Positions 1 to 14,120 of a stretch of DNA of 64,000 bases are shown here, piece after piece. The translations under genes and the position numbers were made by a program. Where the stretch lies: NCBI RefSeq assembly GCF_001194135.2, contig NC_068992.1, positions 16,480,620-16,544,619 on the forward strand, given 5' to 3'. The notes beneath the pieces are model-generated. The model saw only the letters and a list, made by a program, of their open reading frames with translations, ran no database searches and was not told where the DNA came from. Position 1 is the first letter of the stretch. Each line of letters begins with the position of its first letter. Source of the stretch: Octopus bimaculoides (taxonomy: Eukaryota).

Positions 1-54
<54 letters not shown>
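1..54. repeat. (AT)n-(GT)n compound microsatellite
   Basis: Directly visible dinucleotide runs. Confidence 0.95.
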
Positions 55-58
<4 letters not shown>

Positions 59-109
59 ATATACACACATGTGTATTATTTTATATGTTTTAACCTTGAG
101 GCCTTTTAA

Positions 110-785
110 TTTGCCAATTCTATGCGTTTTGTGTTTCCTGCCTTGATACTGGTTCGTCTGTGATTTTGGATAGCAAGAGGTCCAGTCTTTTCTTGAAAAC
201 ATCTATTCCTACTCCATGGAGTTCCCTCAGATGTTTTGGCTAGGATTTAAATAGCTGTGGGCACTTGAACCCCTAGCTATTGCAGTACATGGTCCTTGCC
301 TTAGATGAGAAAGCTGGAACATTTGGAACAGTGCAGTGGCATTCATTTCAAAGTCTGGTATAGCAGCTCTCAATTCTAAAGTTTGGTGCCAGCCTCTTTA
401 GTAACTTCCACACATATATCGCTGCGTACCTCTCCCGTATTCGCTCCAGGGAGTAGAGTCTTAGATCTTTCAGTCTATTCCATTAGCCCAGCTTACGTTT
501 TTCAAACTTCCTCTTGAAGTGTCTGTAAACCGCCTCAAGTTTTGCTATTAATCCTACCGTGTTGCGTGACCATAGTTGAAAGCAGTTGTCCAGACTTCTA
601 TCCTTTTAGAACCCATGCAACCGCTCAGCAATTTTCCCCAGTTAGTTCGAGCTTCCGTAGTTTGAGATCAAGCTTATCAAAGGCATTTGCAAAGTCAAGA
701 TACATCACAACTACATTTGAGCGATTCACTAATTGTTTCAACACCCAGTCACACATGCGGCAGTGGTCCATAGTTTTCCGAAATA
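110..785 (-). mobile_element. Decayed CR1/L2-clade LINE fragment (RT motif region joined to C-terminal region, internally deleted)
   Basis: Minus-strand translation gives VVMYLDFANAFDKLD (RT YLDFxKAFD motif), then LEAVYRHF..RLKDLRLYSLERIRERYAAIYVWKLL and MYCNS*GFKCPQLFKS*PKHLRELHGVGIDVFKKRLDLLLSKITDEP. These are typical CR1-type C-terminal motifs, with stops. Confidence 0.85.
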
Positions 786-869
786 TTTAATTAAAATACT
801 TTTCCAGGTGGCGCTATTAAATTAGTCATGGTCAGGGCCGAAAATGGCCGAAACCAATTTAAGTTATCT

Positions 870-1230
870 AAGTTAGTACCTGATTAGTAATTAATCATAT
901 CGATCTCGGAGGATTGAAAGGTAAACTTGACTTTCGTGGAATTTGAACTGAGAACGTAAAGAACCGTATTGAAATTTTCTAAGCATTTTGCAAGCCTCAC
1001 TAAAGTTTCTGCTAGTTCAACGTGTTTGCATTTCGAAATAATCATTTCTACTACATGGAGAAGGCCTGGAACTGGGTGAGGAGCTACAAGATCACATTGA
1101 CACCATTGTTTAACTAGTAATTATTTGATCAATTCTGAAACGATGAAAGGCAAAACTGACTCGGCGAAATTTGAACTCAGAACGTAAAGCCAGATGCAAT
1201 GTGACTTAGCATTTTGACCAGCGTAACACG
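870..1230 (-). mobile_element. Two degenerate SINE fragments (family A: ggcgagctggcagaa...gagttcaaattcc...gtcgactttgcctttcatcc type)
   Basis: Reverse-strand matches to the motif gaaaggtaaa.tcgac...ggaatttgaactcagaacgtaaa, which recurs many times in the window. Confidence 0.7.
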
Positions 1231-1700
1231 TCATGGACTTGCATTGTGAAACAATAACTCTGCATCCACACGTGCTGCAGTTGTACTGGATTTAACTATC
1301 TACTTTGATATACACATAGACTCTGTTAATATTTGAAAGAGAAGGTTATTGATTAATTGTCATTACTGTCCATTTAGATATTAGATTTAATGTGTATCTG
1401 TTGAAATTTATGTTACTTTGGGAGCAAGGTGCGACGTCCTCAGTAAAAGGTTGTTATCAATGATCATCTAATAATTGCGAAATCAAAATTACAATATAGC
1501 ATTGGATAAAGAGATTAAGCCTCAGAAATGATTTTGATATTTGATATTACTTAATCTGTTTAATTAATATTAATGGATTATTCATTACCTCAGTAATAAC
1601 TGTCAATCCTTTTGACGAAAAGGTTTTCCAAGAAGCATTACATATTTCCTGATTTAGTGGCGTTAATCTGAAAAGGGTTAGCGGCTACTACGAACAAATT

Positions 1701-1702
<2 letters not shown>

Positions 1703-1753
<51 letters not shown>

Positions 1754-1801
1754 TTACTACTACTACTACTACAACTACTACTACAACTACTACTACTGAT
1801 A

Positions 1802-1835
<34 letters not shown>
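1703..1835. repeat. (CTA)n/(GAT)n trinucleotide microsatellite
   Basis: Directly visible. Confidence 0.95.
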
Positions 1836-1837
<2 letters not shown>

Positions 1838-2146
1838 GTGTAAGTGGAGATAAATTTAAACAAGCAATGGAAACGAATGTATGTTACTGAGCACCAAAGA
1901 TGTATGTCCGACGCACCAAAGCGTCTATTAAGTTTCAGTTTCTCTTTTACCCAAATAATACAAAGGAATTTTATGCTAAGCGACGAGTTTTATTGCCTTG
2001 GGCATTATAGCCTGGTTGTCTATTTGTTGCACTTTATTATTTCTCTTAAAATTATGTGAGCTGATTGATGCATTACTTCTGCAATATATTTTTCGCAACT
2101 ATTTAAATACATTAATATCTCATGCCTAAATCATCTGTAAAATTTT

Positions 2147-2149
<3 letters not shown>

Positions 2150-2207
<58 letters not shown>
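2150..2207. repeat. (CT)n microsatellite
   Basis: Directly visible. Confidence 0.95.
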
Positions 2208-2210
<3 letters not shown>

Positions 2211-3750
2211 CGCTTGCATTCAACCTAACGGCCAGTATGTCTATCTATCATGTTACGAAATGTTACATAATAATATTATTGCTGACTTCACGTGACTCTT
2301 TGTTGGATTCGTCACATTTTCATTTCATAAACAGAATATTGTCGCTGTTTTTGAAATCTTTTCAAATTCTTTCATGTTTTCAGAAGATGTGCTCACCTAT
2401 CTACGGCTTGTATTCGATATTTTCAGTCCAATGGTTATTTTTTAATATATTATTATTTGCAGGTTTATTTTTTTTCGAGTTCTACTTTTGAAAACCTATC
2501 ATAAAATAGGTTCTTATCACTTTTTTTGAAGAAGTTATATATGCACAGTGATATTGTCAAAAATACCACTAACTTTGTGTACACCTCTACGACTTTACGA
2601 TGTTTTTTTTTATAAGTCTAGGTTCATTAAATTAATGTGTTAAATCACTTGACTATAGAATGAAAGCAAATATGTTGGTAAGATACGAACAAAACAAAAT
2701 AAGTTCACTCACGAAAAAGTGCTCAGCTGTAACTGATAAGCAGTTTCAAAGAAAATCCAAATATGTTAACAATGTAATAAATCTTGAGTGGTAATTCGTC
2801 ACAATATTATCGCACACGCTATACATACATATATTATTTGAACTACTAACCGTATTCAGGTCATCAGATTTGTCAATGTTACGAACGAAATATTGAATTA
2901 TATTCAAAGTAACGATAACTGTGCAATGTCGGTGTGTAAAACATAAATGACAGTGAATAGGTCTTTCTTGATTTCTTTTTACTTCACATATTCTCCATTA
3001 AAAAACTGAGAGTCTGTAGAAGAAACATATTTTAAACCTATATAGTTCAGGTTCACGATGAATGGTTTGATTGTCTATACCTTCAAACTTCTTCGTATGA
3101 TAATTCTCAACTTTCTTTTCTTTTTTTTTTTGTGCAGATGTAAAATAGTCCGCTATGTTTTCACTTTTCGTCTCAGGCCTGTGATATACATTCAACAATA
3201 TTTATCTTTATATCACTTACTTTTTCTCCATAATATTTACTTACCCTAATTTGCATGATTTATCATAACCTCGCTCCCTCTCACCTGCTCTCTCTCCCAC
3301 TCTCTCTCCCACTCTCTCTCCCAATNNNNNNNNNNNNNNNNNNNNNNNNNNNNNNNNNNNNNNNNNNNNNNNNNNNNNNNNNNNNNNNNNNNNNNNNNNN
3401 NNNNNNNNNNNNNNNNNNNNNNNNNNNNNNNNNNNNNNNNNNNNNNNNNNNNNNNNNNNTATATATGTATATGCATATATACATATATATGTGTACATAC
3501 ATATATACATGCATATGTATATATGTATATGCATATATGGATACAGAACGTCACAAAACGTAGACAACATGAAATACGAAAACAAACTTGGGTACGCAAG
3601 CAAGGAGGAGAGAAACAAATGGAAAACAAGAGAAGTAACATCAAGAATGACCCCCTCATTAATTGTCGGCTGTCCATCTACTCCCGTGAACCAAAATAAA
3701 GTTTGGTATTTGCGGAGGGCCAAATTTGGTAACAAAAACAGGACAGTGGT

Positions 3751-3996
3751 GACATACAAGAAACCAAACCATTAGGCCAGACAAGGCAAGGTAGCGAACG
3801 TTGGAGGAATATTGTCTTTCACTAGAGAAATGATAGAAGAGGAGACAAAGAAGAATGCGTCTTGTAGGACTGTGGAGACTTACAACAAACCAAACGAAAA
3901 CAAACACAGAAAGACCGTTAGGCCAGACGAGGTAAGGTAACGAACGCTGGAGGAATATTATCTTTGGCAAGAGAAAAGATAAAAAATGCATCTGGT
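3751..3996. repeat. Two diverged tandem units (~125-145 bp) within a purine-rich interspersed repeat
   Basis: cattaggccagacaaggcaaggtagcgaacgttggaggaatattgtcttt vs cgttaggccagacgaggtaaggtaacgaacgctggaggaatattatcttt (6 differences in 50 nt). Confidence 0.75.
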
Positions 3997-5534
3997 CTGT
4001 ACGACAGACAGAAGGAAAGGAAAGATGATCACGTGAGGAAAAGAAAGGTGGACGATGGGCAAGTGGGTATTCCTGGGTTAAGCAAGGAAATAACAGTTGA
4101 TACACAAGGGCAAAGAATCGTGTTACACAGTGTTATCATTATGAATCAAATTGGAGGAATGCTTCCACATGGGGATTAGTACTTTGGGTGGAATCGAACT
4201 CAACATCCGTTGGCTACTTATCTTAGTGACATAAGAAAGAAACAATGTAATCTCCTGATGATAGAGAAGGAAAACTGTAAAGTATATTGTTTTAGTTGTT
4301 TCTTTGTAATCAACGTCGTTCTATCACTCTTTATCTAATTTTCAAATTTTCGTTCGTTCTTGTTTAAGTTGGAAGCGTCTATATGGTGGTCTAATTGTAT
4401 ATATTGTGTCTCCATCTCTCTTTGGCTTGAAATTATACCACGTACCTGTCTTTATTCTCCTTCTTTAGCGCAAATTATCCAAGTTTAACATTGTGGAATT
4501 TGAAAGATTTTTAGAAAAGAGAAAAGTGAACTGAAGTTAGATATATAAATTGTATTTCTGTTATTTATTATAGCATGATAAAGTACCATGGCATTTCTAG
4601 CGCGATTCGAACGTAAAGAGAAGATATCAAATTATTTATTGCATTATTACCGCAATATAAATCGTTACACTGCGATGTCGGGCACAAGGAATTTCCTCCA
4701 TATGCCATAAGAAATATAAATTAAAGCAAATATTTATTTTCAAAAAATAGAAGTAAAGCGATATATTTTTTCCTTACTTGCAATATTTTGCACCAGTGAC
4801 TGTGAATTTAAAATTTAAATGTAATAATAAATAGCATAAACATTAATATTAGAAATGTAGGCACAATATTTTAAAATTTGAAATGAATTTTTCATTTAAA
4901 GAATTAGAATCAAATAATTGAAATCCTATCCAAGCTATAAACACGAAAGAATATATAACATTTCTTTTAATACAGAGAGCGATATTTGGAATGGTGATTT
5001 GTGTATATCGGTGGAATAATTTTATAACGAATGAATATAATTAATTTCAATTACGATTAAATTACGAGGAAAATATATATCGTATTTCCATTTTCATACA
5101 TTTTTCAGGCACTTTTGTTCAAATGTGTAAATTATTCCCTAAATGTTATGACGGATATCACAATTTTATATTTACTGCTTTCAGAAAATCGTTTTCTTTT
5201 CCAGACAAAAGACATAAATATACACGAGATTTAAATATCACACAATGTTTATTGAAGATACCCTACTTGTGTCGGTTTTAGAGTAAACAAAATAACGTTA
5301 GATTAATGCTTTTTGATGTTTAGCTATATGTATATATCTAAATTTATAGTGAGGCAGAATGAAATCTGACTTTACGCTGTTTTGTATTTCATTGATATTC
5401 ATTATATTCTTTAGGCTAAAATACATTCTTTTCCATAATGATCATTGGTAATAACATCTTTATTTGCGCAGTTATATTTAGGTGCAGCGACAGAATGACA
5501 GTTAAAGTTGATCCCGGCAATATTTGCACTCACA

Positions 5535-5745
5535 ATATAAACACCAGGAGGTCTTGAGGCACGGGGCCTGAAATTTTGCAGGGAAGGGCTAGTTGATTAC
5601 ATAGACCCAGTACTCAACTGGTATTTATTTCATCGACCTCGAAATAATAAAAGGTAAAGTCGACCTCGGCTACATAAAATTAAGACGGATGAAATGCCGC
5701 TAAGAATTGTAACCGCCATGCTAATGAGCATGCCAGCTCGCCGCG
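5535..5745 (-). mobile_element. SINE family A copy
   Basis: aaggcacggggcctgaaattttg...gtcgacctcggc...gaaatgccgctaag...tgccagctcgccgc is the reverse complement of the family A consensus seen at 20405-20600. Confidence 0.8.
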
Positions 5746-8414
5746 TTATATATATTTATGTATAATAGTCTGACTTTATTGTTATTGTTAATTTCTCACA
5801 TTTACTAGATATAAATCTCCCATCGTTTTATTTTTCTCGTGCATTTCGTCTTTAGTATTAAAGTGTTTTATAAAGCGTCATAAATTATTAATAATAATCG
5901 GCTTTAGTTTGGGATCATGAAAATCTGCTTTAAAATGTCAACTTTGTTTTTCATACTACTTGAATGTTGATGGAAACTACCGATCAAGCATTTAGGTAAT
6001 GATACAGGAGGATTTCCTGGCTCTTTAAACAAGAGTCAAAGTTTATGAATAGTAAATAAATAAAGTACTGGTTGGAATTTACGTTCATAAAAGATTATAT
6101 ACACAACATCCACACTGTTCGTGGAAGGGGCGGAAATTAACGCTTATAGTATTAGTTATAAAAAAGAGTTTCGGACGCAAAGTTGCAAATGGAAAAGAAG
6201 TGTGAGAACATATTTGATGAAATGAATTTTTTACACGAATCTCTGACTTCAGAACATCATATATGAAAACTTCAATGTTAGAGTTCCTTGGAATTTATTT
6301 TTTATTTAATATCATATTTTTACCAGCCTTCTAATAATCACATAGGCCCTCTTTTAATAACGACATCTTCTATGTTTGCTCAATTTGGATCTATTCATAT
6401 GAAAGCAAATGTACGATCTACGTATATTATATTTCATAAAGTATCAATTTTACTTTCTTTTTATTTCTCTTTCAGGTTATACATTTTAATTATAACTGAA
6501 CAAATATATTTCCTTACATATCAGTCTGGGATACATTGTAACCCTCAGTATATCTTTTCAACTCCAAACAATGTCATGACCAAATAAATGGTAGTTATAT
6601 ATTCGAAAGGCTTAAATAAATGCGTATAAACTCAACATGGATTTATAACATGCTTACAATAGAAGCAAGTAACAAGATATTGATTTTTCTTCAGGAGTGA
6701 AGATGTTTTGTTCCTAAAAAGTGGAATCTAACATGGAAGAGCGATTCTAAATAGCATCATTAATACTAAAGATAATTAATATAGAAACCTCGACAGCCAT
6801 ACCTCTCCAAACGACAACGGATAGTTCCGTAATGTTGGATAAATAGAAACGGCAAAGAAAAGCAACATAATGGTGTGTATTGAGGCTGGGTTTTATCAAG
6901 CTTTATAACAGTTTTGATTTTCAAATAATTGTACTACAACAGGCAAATAATCAACCATCAAAACGGTGAATCAAACATGTAACTAGAAAAAACCCTTTCG
7001 TTTCTTCTTTAGAAAACGTTTTATTGCGGTGTCACACTGTCTCTCAACAACAATGAAATACCAACAAATCCATTTATAATTCAATTTTCGTGAAATATTT
7101 CATAAATGGTTTAGTGGAGAAAACAAACACGCTAATTAAGAAAATTTGATGACTAATATTGATTACAAATATAAATGGATGCAATTGTATCACATTTTGT
7201 CAACCATTAGGTTTTAACAGATTGTACATCAGATATATGACTACAGTTACTAGCAATTAAATGACCGATTAAAAATCACATTTAAATAAATGTGCCTCAT
7301 AATTCAAATTCAATATCATATACCTCAGCGACGTCATCATAAATTTCACCTTCGTGATTTTAAACCTCATTTTCATTATCGTCAGTCTCGGTTACTTTTT
7401 CATCTATCTCTATTTCGTCATCGTTATTTTAATATCATCTCTTTAAGCTAGACTGATTTTTTTTTTAATGAATGTATATTGACACACGTAAATATGTAGC
7501 AGAATTGTAAAACAATATGAATATTAAAAAAATGTATAAAGGATTGAATATTCTGAATAAATATTGCTTCACCTTACATAAGCAGGAATATTTAGATCAT
7601 CAGCTGCAAAACTACATAGTGTATACTATAGGGAAAAAATAAATTACATCAGTTTAAACATGCGTTCATTACAATTGTTTCTTAAAATATCCAGCAAACT
7701 CTTCTTCGGAAATTAAAGGCAGTCTAGATGTAGATCAGTGCATTTAACCCATGAATATTCTTTGGTTGATATCACCCAACTTATTTCTTCCACTTAAAAA
7801 AGAAAACAACATATTTTTGAGGGCTGGAACCGGGTGCATAAAGAGGTAAGAATTGAATCGCATAGTATTTTCATATAATTAACTGATAAACATCGTTGAA
7901 CGCCGTTATTCTTATGAGAAAGAACATCGACCAGAATCAGCGTACACCGGCCCAAGTATCTTGCATCAATTCAGTGAAAAATATCTGTTGATAAAATCGT
8001 AACAGATTGAATAGGTATAACAGAATTTCTTATTTACAGTAAATTTGCCCATGTTGTGTTCATAGTTCCACGTATACCAACTTATATTTTGTCCTCAACA
8101 GAAATATTCAAAGCTCTACCATATTTATGCAAATATTGAACCAAAATTCATCAATAAAAAATGCATCCTCTTCTTCTTTCAAAAGATTTTGAAATTTCTC
8201 TGGCATTAACTATTTTCACATGATACTCTACGAAGTGATAGCTGTCTCAGAAATCGCTTTGCCTGTCTTGAATACGTCGTGGGCAATTAAGCTTTTATTA
8301 AAGCTTGTTTTTAACAGCCTGGATTTAAAATGCTCAAAGACCAATCGGACAGCACTTTTGTTCTTCAAATATATGGCACTTTTCTCCCACTAAAGTTTGT
8401 AAAATTTATTTCAT

Positions 8415-8700
8415 AAGGTACGACCTCGGCAGAATTTTAACTGAAAGCGTAAAAAGGATTCTGCCAGCTCGCTGCCCTTATTTTGGAGGGGACAAACAAG
8501 GACAGACAAAGAGATTAAGTAAGGACAGACAAAGGGATTAAGTCGACCTCAGTGCGTAACTGGTACTTATTTAATCGATCCCCAGAAGGTTGAAAGGCAA
8601 AATCGACCACAGCGAGATTTGGACTCAGAACCTAGCAGCAGACGAATTACCGTTAAGCATTGCGTCCGGCATGCTAACGATTCTGCCAGCACACCACCCT
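8415..8700 (-). mobile_element. Tandem/nested SINE family A copies (one collapsed, one near full length with a 23-bp internal duplication)
   Basis: Family A motifs appear twice; aaggacagacaaag.gattaagt is duplicated at ~8497-8545. Confidence 0.75.
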
Positions 8701-9500
8701 AATTTGAAATAACATAATCAGTATATATAATTGCTCACTCTAGCGTATTGTCATTACAAATGCAATTTGCAAATTGCAAAATAATAATGTGGACTTACAA
8801 GGAGTGAAGTTGATAAGAGCATAATGTAAGCATTTGCTCTATCAACAGTTCATAACTCATTAACAGACATTCGTTGCTATAAGCACTCATAAAGCAAATA
8901 TTTACTATTTGGAATGTAGTTTGTTGTTAGCAACGTAGGAGCGATGTAATTTTATGTCTGATTAGCCTGAAATACATTGCACCATTAATATGAAATTTCG
9001 TATTCCAGTCGACATAGATTTGACAATTCATTTCTTACTCTTTTAGCTGCAATAAAATTTTACATGTATTTTCGTAAGAAAGTGTACCGTAAATTACATT
9101 ATATTACGCACAAATATTTTTTTGAGTCTTAAAATAATAATGGGAAAATTTAAGATAGTCTGACAGAGAAACTCAAATACCAACGTTAAATTAAATACGC
9201 AATAAATCCAAATTGTCAAAGTATTTTCGTTAGGCAGGCACCCGTAGATGCTGTGTGTGGTAGATTCCACATTTCGTTGTTTGGTACTTGTAAAGTCTAA
9301 TTTCTCATGGCTTGATATCCTGTTTTAAAGAAATATCCACGAAGGTAGTATGTCAATATTTCAAGATACTAAAGCGAGATGCTACAGCCGCTCAATTAGC
9401 TTGTGCGTGTCTGTAGGTGAAATTATCGTAATAATTAGCAATTTTGAAATCTGGTTTAAATAAACGTGGTTACTGTTCTCTTAATGTTTTTTTTTTTCAG

Positions 9501-9541
9501 CTGCACCAGTGTTTACTTCGTGTTTCACTGCTTCGAGTGAG
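9501..9541 (+). CDS. Candidate 41-nt internal exon (xAPVFTSCFTASSE), gene unidentified
   Basis: Strong acceptor (T)13-cag before 9501, donor GAG|gtaaac after 9541, one open frame, non-repetitive sequence. No homology recognised. Confidence 0.35.
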
Positions 9542-11556
9542 GTAAACATTACTATCTTTAACTATAATTTAATGTCAATGTAACGATTATACCGAATATA
9601 ACTCTAATTTCCATATACTTTACAATGCAGCTATGATATATTATCTTGTTAATTGCATTGAGTGACTAATAACACGATATGAACATTGAGCAATAAGAGA
9701 GCGACTGGCCGCTTCATTTATTCTAACTTTAGCAAACATCAATATAGCCGAATCGTGAACATTCACCATGTACTACACAAATTTTGCCGACCTAACACAC
9801 GAGTCATGCTTAATGAGAATGATACTCTGTTCATTTAAATTGCGTCGATCACAATATTAAATGATATTCTTTCTTTGTAGTTTTGGCTACAAAAACCTGG
9901 TAAAAGAATAATTGAATGATGAAGTAGGATGAGAGTATCCATTTCTACGCCTACTTAACGTCGTTGATTCCAAGAGAGCGTGGGACGCACTAGAGGAATA
10001 ATTTAAGCAGGCGTTTATCGACTCAGAATACATCAAAGCCTAAGGTGGCCCCGGCGGGGTTAGAGCTCAAAATGCAGAGATCCAGAAATAAATATAGTTT
10101 ATAATTCTACTCAAGGTTCTCATAACGCTGCTAATACGTCGACGTATCGAAGACTTTATGTTCTGAAAAGTAAGAATTCGAATATATTCTTTCATTGGAA
10201 CCATTAGCTCAGCTGTGATGGAACGAATTCATATTATCATGAGATAAGCCAAGAATAGCGGGTTGTCAGAATCGGTGGAGTGACGGATGAAATGGCTCAC
10301 AGTGTTTCGTTATGCGTATTTAGTTTTTGAATGAAATCCCTCCGGTTGACGTTTGTCTTTCATTCTTCCATGTTCGATAAAATAAGTGTCATTCATGTGC
10401 CATGGTCACTGAAAACGCTTGTTCCCTAACCGAAAATGTATTACCTTGATCTGCATAGAGAACAATAATTAGGATTTAATTAAATTTTAGTTTTCCGTAA
10501 GGATGAAAATATTTCAAGTAATGCATCATAGTTAAGGTTAAGGTTAGTTTCTTGAATTATTTTATTTGCCAGGAGGAAACTTTGCTCTTAATTGTGAAAT
10601 TCGTATTTTGTCATCAGCAATAACTTCATGAATAGAAACAAGCTAAGAACATGAAAATACGCGTAATAGTCTTGTTTTCTCTCCCCTTTATGTTAATAAG
10701 ATCGAAATTCTTGCGTACTTCTCTAGTGATTCTTGCAATTAATATCGACGTAATAAACACCATTTCCATCTGTATACGAAATATTAATAAATTTCTACGT
10801 TTTGCACGTTGATGTATGGAAGAATACAAATATTGTGACAATGTATAAAGCATTGTTTTGCCAATCCTCATTACTTATCATGAATTACACTGCACAATAG
10901 TACGGAAATGAAGTTATAAATAATCCATTTGACAGATTAATTGCTAAGGAGTTTAATGAGCTTATATTATTATGGTCATGTTCTGATTCAGCTGCTATAT
11001 TGTTAAAAAATTATTAAGGAGCCTAGTCTTGTTGGCGTCCAATTTGAAATAATAAAATTCGGTTTCAAGTTACTTATAAAATAAATTTTTCAAAAACATT
11101 GAAATTCTGATTTATTCGTGATATTTTTATGTTTTCGATTATGTGGAATAATTTAATTCATGTTAGTGGTCTACAAAATCGTATTTGAAAATCCACCAAT
11201 CCTAAAGGAAAGGTTTCAAACACTTCCACATCTCGATTGCGAGTACACGATGAATCACGATAACTGTACTCCTCCAAATTGGTTTTAAATATTTTACAAC
11301 TAAAAAGATTTGTACGAACACTACCATTATTCGTTTTCTACGCCACTGTATAATCTCTAAATTCCCGTCATAATTCTGGTATTAATCCACCATTCCCAAG
11401 GAGCGTCCCCTTCTAACAATTTATTTGGAGTGTATCATCTCTAATTACGTATATTACAAAATCGTTAAATCTCGCACATATCTACCACCTAAAATGTTAT
11501 TATATATTTTTCTGTGTTGGTCGTCTTGCTAGCAAGCCCGCTAGGTGGTAAGCTAA

Positions 11557-12105
11557 TACAGTAATGCCTCGATATACAAGTTCATTCGCCCCCGGAGACC
11601 GATCGTAAAGCGAAAACTCATAAAGCAGAGCAATTATTCCCCATAAATTCAATGCTATAAATCGTAATTTGTCCCCAGAAAATTAGTGTACCAATAAAAT
11701 TTATAATACTCGTAAATAAATGGCAGTAAAACAACAGTAGAATATTTTATGTTAAGAAGAATGTAAAGATTATTCATAATAAAAGTATTATTATAACCGT
11801 TTTGTGAATCACTTTCACTCGCGGTAGGTTCGCGCACACCATCACTTGTAGACGCGATCGCCGATTCACAAGCACTTGTAGACAGACTTGTAGACATCTT
11901 TTAAAAAAAACAAGTATAGGGTTGTTTGCTTAGAAGAAGCTTCTTTTCGTTCTGTATAAATTTATCGGAAACATGTAGGAGCATTTGCTTTCGTAGTAGA
12001 AACGTTAGCTCTTCGTTCAAAATTTGGATTTTGCGCTTAAAGAAATAAAACTTATTTACCCGGGTTCGCGTAAATCGGGTACTCGTAATTTGAGGTATTA
12101 TTGTA
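11557..12105 (-). mobile_element. Internally deleted pogo/Tigger-like DNA transposon with TA target duplication
   Basis: Imperfect TIRs TA-CAGTAATGCCTCGATATACAAGT (11557) and the reverse complement of ...ACTCGTAATTTGAGGTATTATTG-TA (12105). Internal minus-strand remnant CFR*IYTERKEASSKQTTLYLFFLK resembles the Tigger/TIGD transposase C-terminal motif (YREIYxEKK...QTxLDxFF). Confidence 0.75.
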
Positions 12106-12894
12106 ATTGACAGTTAGAAGACTGCTCATTTCTTGTCATTTCTTCTGATTTATTAACGAGTGGGATATGCTGAAATCATTTGTAAGCATGTTCCCTTTAA
12201 TTATGCGCTAACGGAATAAATGTGCAACTAAATGACATTGTGGTTAGTAAACCAAGTAACGAGATATAAACGGATGAATTGTAATAACTTCCAACTTACG
12301 TTCGTTCCTTATTAGTGACAGAAGTTAAGAAGAATATACGTAAATGCAGCTATGATACAACTGAAATTTCCTTAAATAGTTTTATTATAGTATACTGTAA
12401 CTTTGTAGACACGATGTGTCGTGGTATTAAGCTGTTTGCTGTTGCAAATATAGTGACTGTGCTTCTGTTGGTGTTCTTTTCACATTGATTGTCAAATTAT
12501 AGACTAAACACACAGGGATCCGATTTAATCAATCATACACACATTGATAGAATGCATGCACTTTGCTGTGTGGAATTTGGTATTTTTATCTTCTTTATGG
12601 TTTGTTCCATAACGATGAACGCAAGTCTGCTGAAGGGAAAAATAGAATTCTCTCATCCGCTTAACAGAAATCTTTAGCTTTGACTGTTATATACTTTAAA
12701 TTGTATTGCTTTCCAAACATACCGTATTTCTGCTCCCCTGTAATGCATCAGCGATATCACTGGTTTTATTTTATTAGTTGCAGCAAGATAATATATAAAT
12801 TTAACATTTGTTTAATACATTTCATTTCAACATTAGTTTAGTCTTTCTTGCAAGCGATAGCTCCTCTACAATCACTCATATTGCCATCATCAAC

Positions 12895-12990
12895 GTGGTC
12901 ATAGTTACTAACTTACGGGGACGTAAACACACCAATATACCATCAAGCGAAGGTAAGGCGACAAGCACAGACACAAAAACATACACATAT
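12895..12990 (-). mobile_element. 3' fragment of SINE family B
   Basis: aacttacggggacgtaaacacaccaa..atcaagcga matches the reverse complement of 33060-33110. Confidence 0.7.
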
Positions 12991-13385
12991 ATACACACAC
13001 ATATATGTATATATATATATATATATNNNNNNNNNNNNNNNNNNNNNNNNNNNNNNNNNNNNNNNNNNNNNNNNNNNNNNNNNNNNNNNNNNNNNNNNNN
13101 NNNNNNNNNNNNNNNNNNNNNNNNNNNNNNNNNNNNNNNNNNNNNNNNNNNNNNNNNNNNNNNNNNNNNNNNNNNNNNNNNNNNNNNNNNNNNNNNNNNN
13201 NNNNNNNNNNNNNNNNNNNNNNNNNNNNNNNNNNNNNNNNNNNNNNNNNNNNNNNNNNNNNNNNNNNNNNNNNNNNNNNNNNNNNNNNNNNNNNNNNNNN
13301 NNNNNNNNNNNNNNNNNNNNNNNNNNNNNNNNNNNNNNNNNNNNNNNNNNNNNNNNTCTCTCTCTCTCTCTCTCTCTTTATATAT

Positions 13386-14120
13386 ATGCCCAAGTGTTCG
13401 GACAAGATGTAGGCATGTTGCTGTCACCCCTATGTCTGAAAGTTGCAGTATGGTATATCTGTTGTTTATCAGTTCATGGAATTTTCAGAAATCCAAGAGA
13501 CATATAATACAGTTATGCAAATGCTCAACTCTTAATCTAAGTTTAATTAATAACCTATAAATTAGATTAGCTGTGTATCTCACCAAGCTTCAAAAATATT
13601 ACTTCTAAATACTTTATCCTTTGCATCAAATGAGATTAGATTGATTTTGATGTTACTTTGGATTTGTAGGAGCGTAGGAAACTGAAGATGTAAACATGTG
13701 ATATGAAGCGCGTACAATTTGGTATTGATGTGCATGCTGGGAATTGAAGGTGGTTTTATTTCTGCTTGGTCTAAACAGTTATTCTCCATCTATGTATTGC
13801 TAGGTTATTGAAATAACCGTGTTAACAAACGCGTTTATATTCGAGATATTCTATAAAATTTTAAATATTAATGAATGTTCTATAATAAGCTATAAGCATA
13901 GTTTTCTTACGTATTTCATGATTGTATAAAGTTATTAGTTTCGACTTTGTCCTGGGTTCCATGAAACATAAGCTATGGAGATAACAGTATCCAATATTGA
14001 ATAGGACGTCAGTCTGTGAAATGATTAACCTGATGCCGGTACCCCCCTTTTTTTTCTTAGTTGAGTAAAGAAAAAAACTGATTTGCTGATAAAAAACAAT
14101 AGTCCGTTCCTCTGTTTAGG
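13386..14120 (+). repeat. Copy 1 of a ~735-bp near-identical local duplication (copy 2 at 15015-15890)
   Basis: tgcccaagtgttcggacaagatgtagg...ggatttgtagg is repeated at 15015-15297 with about 2 substitutions. aaaaaaactgatttgctgataaaaaacaatagtccgttcctctgtttagg is repeated at ~15840-15890. Confidence 0.9.

Noticed and set aside
3239-3300. Strong minus-strand donor (AGG|gtaagt) after a GA-rich stretch
   Set aside because: The upstream sequence falls in a gap and I found no partner acceptor or coding evidence.
6470-6590. Strong + strand acceptor ttttatttctctttcag
   Set aside because: No clear donor, and the downstream frames are AT-rich with early stops.
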